Source of the DNA: Candidatus Pacearchaeota archaeon
GTDB lineage: Archaea; Nanobdellota; Nanobdellia; Pacearchaeales; DTIR01
Direction: 5' to 3'
DNA length: 33,431 nucleotides
Assembly: GCA_016211995.1 (NCBI GenBank)
Contig: JACRHU010000047.1
Coordinates: forward strand, 1 to 33,431
Positions within the stretch are counted from its first letter, which is position 1; each line of letters begins with the position of its first letter. This document shows, in pieces, positions 27,138 through 33,431 of the stretch. The position numbers and the translations under genes were made by a program. The notes beneath the pieces were generated by a model. The model worked only from the letters and a program-made list of their open reading frames with translations, was not told the origin of the DNA and made no database searches.

Positions 27138-29930
27138 ATGAAAAGAACATTTATGTCAGAAATACAAAGCATTTCTGAGCATCCTAAAAACCAGACTAAC
27201 AAATCACACTCTAAAGAACGTGGTAAAAATCAAAAGGTTTTTTTGATTTTGATAATTTTAGTAGGCATAGCTTTTCTAAGTCTTGCAAATGCACTTGTTA
27301 TTACTGGTGCTCTGAATACATTTAATTTAACTAAAACAAGCTATGCTCCGGGGGAGTTACTGCAAGGAACAATGAATATAAGCTTGAGAGATGAGCTGAT
27401 TGATAGCATTGTGAAAACAAGTTTGATTAATTTTCAGACAAAACTTATTGATTTTTTAAATAATACTGACCTAGTTGCAGGAAAAGATTATATATGCAAT
27501 CCTGCCAGTTGTGGAAGTTTCTATGATGTTAGAGGAACTCCAGAAAAAATCAAGACAATAATGAGTAAGATAGTCGGTCCCATGGTTGTAGGCAAGAATC
27601 TAGAAATCAAACCCCAAGCATTAACATTTAATGTTTCAGCAGCAGAAACTAGCTCTTTAATATTCACAAGCAGCCCTGTTAAAATTGATTTGCTCAATGA
27701 TGGAACAATAGACTGGATGTATCTTGATGCATCAGATTCTTTTGCTGCAAAATTATACAGCCCTTGTTACACAGAAGTGAATGCTACAAGAGACTTTTTA
27801 ATTGATGCAAATGGTTTTTGCCAGAAAATAAATTTACCAGAATCTTCAAAATTTAAGATTAATGCATTAGTCAGAAAAACAGGAACAGCAGAAGGAAATT
27901 TATATGTTTCGCTATATGACAAGGAAGCAGATTATGCAAGTGACTGGTGTGATATGCCAGAGCCTACTTCTACAACTTATTCAGAGATAAGCTGTATAGC
28001 AGATTTTACTTCTACTGGTGACGGAGAGTATTATGTATGTATAAAAGATACAGAGTCAGATTATGCTTACAAGATAAAAGGTGAAACAACTGATGAAAAA
28101 ATATCCAAGGAAGCATGTCCTGGAGGATATAGGGGATTGCCTCAGGATGCTAGTTCAGATAAAGCAGATGTTGCAATATCCGTGAATGCAGCGTATATTG
28201 CTCCATTTACAAAAACCCTTGTATTTAATTCAGAAGAATTTGATAAAACACATTCTGGAACATTACGAGAGTACTTGCAAGATTATATTTCAAACAAATA
28301 TGGAAATGATTGCATTACAAATAAATGCATAATTCCAATAAATATAACATCAAAAATTTCTATTAGGATAAGCAATTTAGATATTGCTTATTGCTCTGGC
28401 TCTTTATGCGAAACAACTGAATATATGTATGATGTTGTAACGAGCAATGCGAAAATTAAGATGAATTATACAATGCTACCAATTCAAGCTGCAAATCTTT
28501 CTGCTCCAAAAACTCCGGCAAATTACACTGCCAGAGTTTTTATAGGAGACAAAGAAATAGGCACAGCAGAGATAACTGTAGAAAAAGTTCCTATTGTTGT
28601 GGCAATTACCCCTAAAATAATTCCTGCTGCGACACCCACAATAATTATTGCGCTTGTAAATTCTACATTCAATGTAACTAAATTTGAATGGACTTTTGGT
28701 GACGATAGCAGTGAAACAACAACATCAAATACTGTCAGCCATACCTACACAAGCACAGGAACATTCAAAATTTCTGTTAAAGTAACTGATATTAGAGATA
28801 AGAGTTCAACAAGTTATTTCACAGTCATAGCAGGCTCACCAAAAGATATGATTAACTCTTCAATAACTCAGAAAACTAAGCAAGTTGATGATTTTGTTTC
28901 TACATTAAACAGCTATCCTGATTGGGAAATTCCTATAATAAAACAGGTAGCAGGGATAGATGGGATTAAAGCTACGATAAATACAGCCAAGACAAGTTTT
29001 AGTACAGCAACAACAGAAGAAGAATATTTACAAATCATGTCTACCTTATCTTCTTTATCAATCCCTGTAACTATATCGGCTGTATCAACTACTAGTGAAT
29101 TTGAATATCCTGTTGACCCTAATAAAGTTGATCCAGATTTGGTAAGCAAGGCTGGAGCAGGAAGTTATGATCCAGAAAAGACAGATGAAGTAAGAAACGC
29201 AATTGCAGGATGGGCAACAGATAATTTGAATATCAAATTACAAGGGACTGTTTTTGATATCAAAAAAGAAGATAAAACTGATGATTATGTTTCTGTAATC
29301 AATCTGAAAGTAAACCCTAAAACAAGCATAAATGATTCTTTTCTTATTATTTTAGCTGACTACCAAAAAACAAAATTTGCAGATAATTATAATCAGAAGA
29401 ATATCGACGGTTATATAGCAATTACATTAAAATCTGGCAATTTTGAATTTGCAATTCCTGGCAGAATAGACCTTTCTGATTTTGACTTATTTATCTCTCC
29501 AAACTTTGAGGATTTAGGGGCAGGGATAGTAATAGAATGCAATGACAATGGAATATGCGAGTCAGATTTAGGAGAGAATTACAAGAACTGCAGAGTGGAC
29601 TGCAAACCAATTGGTATAGGCATTTTCCTGGCAATAGGATTAATTGTATTTGTTTTTATTCTTTATTTATTCTTAGGCTGGTGGTATGAAACTAAATATG
29701 AATCTTATTTATTCAAGAACAGGCAGGATTTAGCTAATATAATCTTATTCGTTTCTAATGCATTGAATCGTGGAGTAGATGAAAAAGAGATGCGGGAAAA
29801 ACTGAAAAAAGCAGGATGGAATGGCGAGCAGATAGAATATGCAATAAATAAAGTTAAAGGGAAAAAGATGGGAATGCCTGCTTTAAGAAGAGGAATAAAA
29901 AAGAAGCAAATAGAGCTAGGAAGAAGATAG
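27138..29930 (+). CDS. Large membrane-anchored PKD-domain surface protein
   Basis: Signal peptide; FEWTFGDD..HTYTSTGTFKISVKVTD PKD motif; CNDNGICESDLGENYKNCRVDC; TM; cytoplasmic LKKAGWNGEQIEYA. Confidence 0.88.
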   Translation: MKRTFMSEIQSISEHPKNQTNKSHSKERGKNQKVFLILIILVGIAFLSLANALVITGALNTFNLTKTSYAPGELLQGTMNISLRDELIDSIVKTSLINFQTKLIDFLNNTDLVAGKDYICNPASCGSFYDVRGTPEKIKTIMSKIVGPMVVGKNLEIKPQALTFNVSAAETSSLIFTSSPVKIDLLNDGTIDWMYLDASDSFAAKLYSPCYTEVNATRDFLIDANGFCQKINLPESSKFKINALVRKTGTAEGNLYVSLYDKEADYASDWCDMPEPTSTTYSEISCIADFTSTGDGEYYVCIKDTESDYAYKIKGETTDEKISKEACPGGYRGLPQDASSDKADVAISVNAAYIAPFTKTLVFNSEEFDKTHSGTLREYLQDYISNKYGNDCITNKCIIPINITSKISIRISNLDIAYCSGSLCETTEYMYDVVTSNAKIKMNYTMLPIQAANLSAPKTPANYTARVFIGDKEIGTAEITVEKVPIVVAITPKIIPAATPTIIIALVNSTFNVTKFEWTFGDDSSETTTSNTVSHTYTSTGTFKISVKVTDIRDKSSTSYFTVIAGSPKDMINSSITQKTKQVDDFVSTLNSYPDWEIPIIKQVAGIDGIKATINTAKTSFSTATTEEEYLQIMSTLSSLSIPVTISAVSTTSEFEYPVDPNKVDPDLVSKAGAGSYDPEKTDEVRNAIAGWATDNLNIKLQGTVFDIKKEDKTDDYVSVINLKVNPKTSINDSFLIILADYQKTKFADNYNQKNIDGYIAITLKSGNFEFAIPGRIDLSDFDLFISPNFEDLGAGIVIECNDNGICESDLGENYKNCRVDCKPIGIGIFLAIGLIVFVFILYLFLGWWYETKYESYLFKNRQDLANIILFVSNALNRGVDEKEMREKLKKAGWNGEQIEYAINKVKGKKMGMPALRRGIKKKQIELGRR
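27154..27247. repeat. Double-hairpin element inside the coding N-terminus
   Basis: TCAGAAAT/ATTTCTGA, GCATCC hub, AAAAACC...GGTTTTT; same architecture as the intergenic copies. Confidence 0.65.
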
Positions 29931-30084
29931 AGAGAAATAAAGAGAGATAAAATAGAATAAAAAATAGAAAAACGAAAGATTTAATAATCATAATTGGCAA
30001 GATTAAAACTTAAACAAAAGAAAGAGAGTAGAAATAGATAACCAAATAAAATTAAAACTTAAACAAAAAATAAAAAGGTGAAAA

Positions 30085-30732
30085 ATGCAGATAAAAATAA
30101 TCCCGAATTTTTTTAAGAGAATTTTCGCTTCATTATTCAAGAAAAAGAAGCACATTCAGCTTGGTTTTTATGGACCTCCAAATGCAGGAAAAACCTCTCT
30201 TGCTAACAGAATATGCAAAGATTGGACAGGCGAAGAGCTAGGAACAGTTACAAAGATTCCTCATGAAACAAGAGAGATACAAATCAAAGAGAAAGTGGAT
30301 ATTAATTTTAAAGGAAGACAGCTGACTTTCAAGCTTGTAGACACACCAGGGATTGCTACAAAAATAGATTACGAAGAGTTTTTGAAATTCGGCCTAACAA
30401 AAAAAGAAGCTAAAGGTAGAGCAAAAGAGGCAACAAAAGGAGTCATTGAAGCAATTAAATGGCTTGATGACATGGATGCTATTATTGTTGTCTTGGACGC
30501 AACATTAAACCCATATAGCCAAGTTAATATAACTATAATCGGAAATATTGTTGCAAGAAGAATTCCTGTGCTTATAGTTGCTAATAAAATTGATTTGCAT
30601 AAAGCAGATACTAAGAAGATTGAGGCTGCTTTTCCAGAATACGAGGTAGTTGGAATAAGCGCAAAGTTAGGGAAGAATATGGAAGAATTTTACGAATCAC
30701 TTTTCAGGCTTTCAAAAAAGAGGAAAGGATAA
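30085..30732 (+). CDS. oapA: Era-like small GTPase (OapA/ArvA-like)
   Basis: GPPNAGKT, IPHETRE, DTPG, NKID, ISAK; AKEATKGVIEAIKWL; next to DUF2073-like gene. Confidence 0.88.
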   Translation: MQIKIIPNFFKRIFASLFKKKKHIQLGFYGPPNAGKTSLANRICKDWTGEELGTVTKIPHETREIQIKEKVDINFKGRQLTFKLVDTPGIATKIDYEEFLKFGLTKKEAKGRAKEATKGVIEAIKWLDDMDAIIVVLDATLNPYSQVNITIIGNIVARRIPVLIVANKIDLHKADTKKIEAAFPEYEVVGISAKLGKNMEEFYESLFRLSKKRKG

Positions 30733-30750
30733 AAGGAGGTTGAAAGATAA

Positions 30751-30882
30751 AAGCAAATGCATTAGTAGCTAATGTGACAATAAGCGAGCCATGACAAGCT
30801 CGCACATTTGCAAGCAATCATAAAAACTAAAATGTTTTTAGGATCCTAAAAATCGTAAGATTTTTATGATGTCAATTGCTTG
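30751..30882. repeat. Nested palindromic elements
   Basis: CAAGCAAT...ATTGCTTG hairpin enclosing TAAAAAC/GTTTTTA-GGATCC-TAAAAATC/GATTTTTA; preceded by GCAAATG..CATTTGC enclosing two hairpins. Confidence 0.78.
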
Positions 30883-30910
30883 GGGCTTATTAAATATCTA
30901 ATAATAAAAA

Positions 30911-31297
30911 ATGGCTAAACTATCTTTAACAATTCAGTTTATACCTTATTCAGAGATAGAATCTTTAACTCCAACAGAAAGAATAAAGAAACTGCTGAAA
31001 ATAGTCCTTGACAATAAAATTGTGTTACTACAAGGAAAACTTAAAGCAGAGGAAGAAGCTAGGCTCATAGAAGATACAATGGTCTTGATAGGTAATGTTA
31101 AAGGTTTCAAAGGTGTAGAGCTTGCAGTGCTTGCACCAAAAGCAGGTACTTCTCCTATATTTAGCAGGATGAGGAAAGGAATTGCTAAACTTCTTGTAGG
31201 AGCACAAGATGTTATAACAATAATCGGACCAGCAACACTTGTAAGAGAAATTAAAAAAGATCCAAGCAAGATAGAATTGTTCTTGAAAGGCAAGTAA
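30911..31297 (+). CDS. oapB: DUF2073 protein (OapB/ArvB-like)
   Basis: ERIKKLL..IVLLQGKL..EEEARLIEDTM..FKGVE..ITIIGPA..IKKD pattern; follows the GTPase. Confidence 0.85.
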   Translation: MAKLSLTIQFIPYSEIESLTPTERIKKLLKIVLDNKIVLLQGKLKAEEEARLIEDTMVLIGNVKGFKGVELAVLAPKAGTSPIFSRMRKGIAKLLVGAQDVITIIGPATLVREIKKDPSKIELFLKGK

Positions 31298-31310
31298 TTA
31301 GTTCTTAAGA

Positions 31311-31610
31311 TTATTTATAATTTTTTATTCTATTCAAGACATTAAGAAAACCTTGGTGATTTAATTCATTTCCGTCTCTTTTATCGCTTATCTGCTTGAG
31401 AATACTTATTTCTTTGTCAATGCAATCAACATATTTTTGATAGCCTGGACATTCTGATAAAGATATCCATTCTTTGATTGTTTCTAAATCGAATATGAAA
31501 CCAGTATGATTTAAGTCAGAGCCATTTCTTCTTTCACTTATTCTATTGAGTTTTTCAGTTTCTTGTTTAATTAACTCATTGACTACTTCTGAAATTTTCA
31601 TAGTTTCCAT
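31311..31610 (-). CDS. Hypothetical protein with internal duplication
   Basis: Start reassigned to METMKISE (TATA-like TTTATAAA about 25 nt upstream); two similar halves. Confidence 0.7.
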   Translation of the reverse strand: METMKISEVVNELIKQETEKLNRISERRNGSDLNHTGFIFDLETIKEWISLSECPGYQKYVDCIDKEISILKQISDKRDGNELNHQGFLNVLNRIKNYK

Positions 31611-31672
31611 AGAATGGTGTGCATAACTAAAGTTTATAAACCTTATGATGAAAAAGGATTTTTTATTATTTC

Positions 31673-32332
31673 TCACCTCTTAAGTTCTTTAAGTGTTGGT
31701 AGAAGCCTGTCTATTTCATAACCTATTCCTGGGTATAAAACAAATCCTGTCTTGAAAATATGCCTTGTAAAATAATCTTCGTCTTCTGGAATTCTTTCTA
31801 CTTCGTCTGTAAAGTTTTGGGTTAGTCTTTCCAGCAAACCCATTGCAATATCTGCGTCTATTGGATATTCTTTTACAAATTCTTTTGAAATCTTTTCTAT
31901 CTTTTTATCTCCTGGATCCAGAGTAAATATTCTATATATCTCATTTAGATAACGAGCGACCCTTGTATTGTGTTCACGTACTGCTCTCAGCATTTTCTGA
32001 TTTGATATTATTGAAGCCATGACAACTCCTGTTTGTAGAGCAAGAGATTCATTACCGTGTCTGGTATCTACTTTTCCTTTTTCGTATTTTGGATCATGTT
32101 CCCCTAGATATTCACAAAGAACTTTTCCAATTTCCTGCATGTCTGGTTTTTCAAGTCTAAAAGTTATATAATTTCTTAATTCACTCTCAAAATTTTGTAA
32201 TATCTCCAGAGCACCTTTTTTACCTGTATCTACATATGTATCTTTATCATAAACATGATCTCTTAAGAAAAATGCTGCTTTGTCTATATCTTCATGAAAA
32301 TTATGCACTAACCCTCTTATTAAATTTCTCAT
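31673..32332 (-). CDS. Hypothetical protein
   Basis: 219-aa ORF, no recognisable motif. Confidence 0.75.
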   Translation of the reverse strand: MRNLIRGLVHNFHEDIDKAAFFLRDHVYDKDTYVDTGKKGALEILQNFESELRNYITFRLEKPDMQEIGKVLCEYLGEHDPKYEKGKVDTRHGNESLALQTGVVMASIISNQKMLRAVREHNTRVARYLNEIYRIFTLDPGDKKIEKISKEFVKEYPIDADIAMGLLERLTQNFTDEVERIPEDEDYFTRHIFKTGFVLYPGIGYEIDRLLPTLKELKR

Positions 32333-32380
32333 TCTAAGGAGTTAAAAATACTTTATATTTTTAAAGATTTATGTTAGAAA

Positions 32381-33142
32381 TCATACATTTCTGAGTGGAA
32401 GATTAAAAAATTCTATTGCATTTTCTGCTGTTTTTCTCCAGACTTCTTCAAAACTTATTTTTTTGATTTCTGCTATTTTCTCTGCAACTGACCTTATTGC
32501 AAGCGGTGTATTTCTTTTTCCAAAACCAAACCAAGGAGAATCAGTTTCAAGCATTATTTTATCAAGTGGAATGTCTCTTGCTATTTTTTTTATGTCTTTT
32601 GAAGTATAGACAGAAGGCCCTATTGATACACTCCAGCCATTTTTCAGTACATAATCAATATGTTTCCTTGAAGAAAATAAATGCATTAACACTTTTGTTT
32701 TTGCATTCTCCTCAAGTATTTTTAGACAATCATCAAAAGCATCCCTGCAATGCACTACAAGAGGCTTTTCTAATTCATTTGCAAGATCTATGAATTCAAG
32801 AAAGATTTCTTTTTGCCTCTGTTTTGTTTCTTCATCTTTAACATGAAAATACTCTAACCCTGTCTCCCCTACTGCGCAAATTTTTTCTTTATTCTGCCTT
32901 ATGAATGAAATTGCATTCTCTATTCCAGAATCTTTTATTTTAGATGCATAAACTGGATGAACAGCCAGAGAAATAAAAACAAAATTCTTGTATTTTTCAT
33001 GCATTTCTAAGGCTAGTTTAAAGTGGGGCATATATGGAGAAGAGCTTATCACTGCTCTTAATTCTTTTTTACAATCTTCAATAACTTTATCTCTATCTGA
33101 ATCATAATCTTTTTGTTCAAGATGGCAATGTACATCTATCAT
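32381..33142 (-). CDS. tatD: TatD-family nuclease
   Basis: DVHCHL, VHP, AVGETGLEY, VHCR, LETDSPW motifs. Confidence 0.95.
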   Translation of the reverse strand: MIDVHCHLEQKDYDSDRDKVIEDCKKELRAVISSSPYMPHFKLALEMHEKYKNFVFISLAVHPVYASKIKDSGIENAISFIRQNKEKICAVGETGLEYFHVKDEETKQRQKEIFLEFIDLANELEKPLVVHCRDAFDDCLKILEENAKTKVLMHLFSSRKHIDYVLKNGWSVSIGPSVYTSKDIKKIARDIPLDKIMLETDSPWFGFGKRNTPLAIRSVAEKIAEIKKISFEEVWRKTAENAIEFFNLPLRNV

Positions 33143-33281
33143 TCTTTTTCCAGTGTATATGAATTTAAAAACATTTCAGCAGCAGCTTTAAAGTGAGTAT
33201 AATTCATATTTTTCTAAAGTTAATTATATATAAAGATTTCAGCGGCAAAAGTTTTATATATCCTACCTATTTAATCCAGGC

Positions 33282-33431
33282 ATGACACATCAATGCGTGC
33301 ATTGTGGAAAATTGTATCCTACTGCGTCTAAAGAGTTACTTTCAGGATGCAGTTGTGGAAGTCATTTCTTTTTCTTTGTCAGAGAGGAAGCTCTGCCGGC
33401 GCTTCAGGAAGAAACAGCAGACTTAACAACA
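33282..33431 (+). CDS. oapC: Zn-ribbon protein (OapC/ArvC, DUF2072-like), truncated by window end
   Basis: MTHQCVHCGKLYPTASKELLSGCSCGSHFFFFVREE; BRE/TATA-like CAAAAGTTTTATATA upstream. Confidence 0.85.
   Translation, partial: MTHQCVHCGKLYPTASKELLSGCSCGSHFFFFVREEALPALQEETADLTT

Noticed and set aside
1541-32793. Short antisense or alternate-frame ORFs in the track (e.g. 1541, 2818, 3911, 9600, 13908, 16300, 20417, 23264, 28913, 30946, 32497)
   Set aside because: Shadows of well-supported genes with no motifs of their own

Overview
AT-rich archaeal chromosomal segment; gene content and style point to a DPANN archaeon, most likely Pacearchaeota/Woesearchaeota-like (inference). Left part: tandem-domain Lrp/AsnC regulator divergent from a cobalamin-binding radical SAM gene, an MNT-HEPN toxin-antitoxin pair whose toxin has a premature stop right after its RX4H-Y motif, Kae1, an orphan gene bracketed by 16-bp inverted repeats, a three-SLH-domain protein, and an SRP RNA that appears to lack helix 6. 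Centre: a type IV pilus-like locus with seven pilin-like genes, an assembly ATPase carrying a 537-aa LAGLIDADG intein ending in Asp, and two TadC/GspF proteins, then archease and an intein-containing RtcB. Right part: a pilin-like protein with MopE-type Cys repeats, two large PKD-type surface proteins (one with three SLH-like modules), a split oapABC cluster and TatD. Most notable non-annotated signals: (1) diverged, stop-codon-bearing 'echo' copies of gene 3' ends directly behind four pilus/surface genes; (2) nested palindromic mini-elements, some lying in frame within cleavable leader peptides; (3) bacterial-type SLH modules in archaeal surface proteins. All calls come from manual reading; no searches were run.
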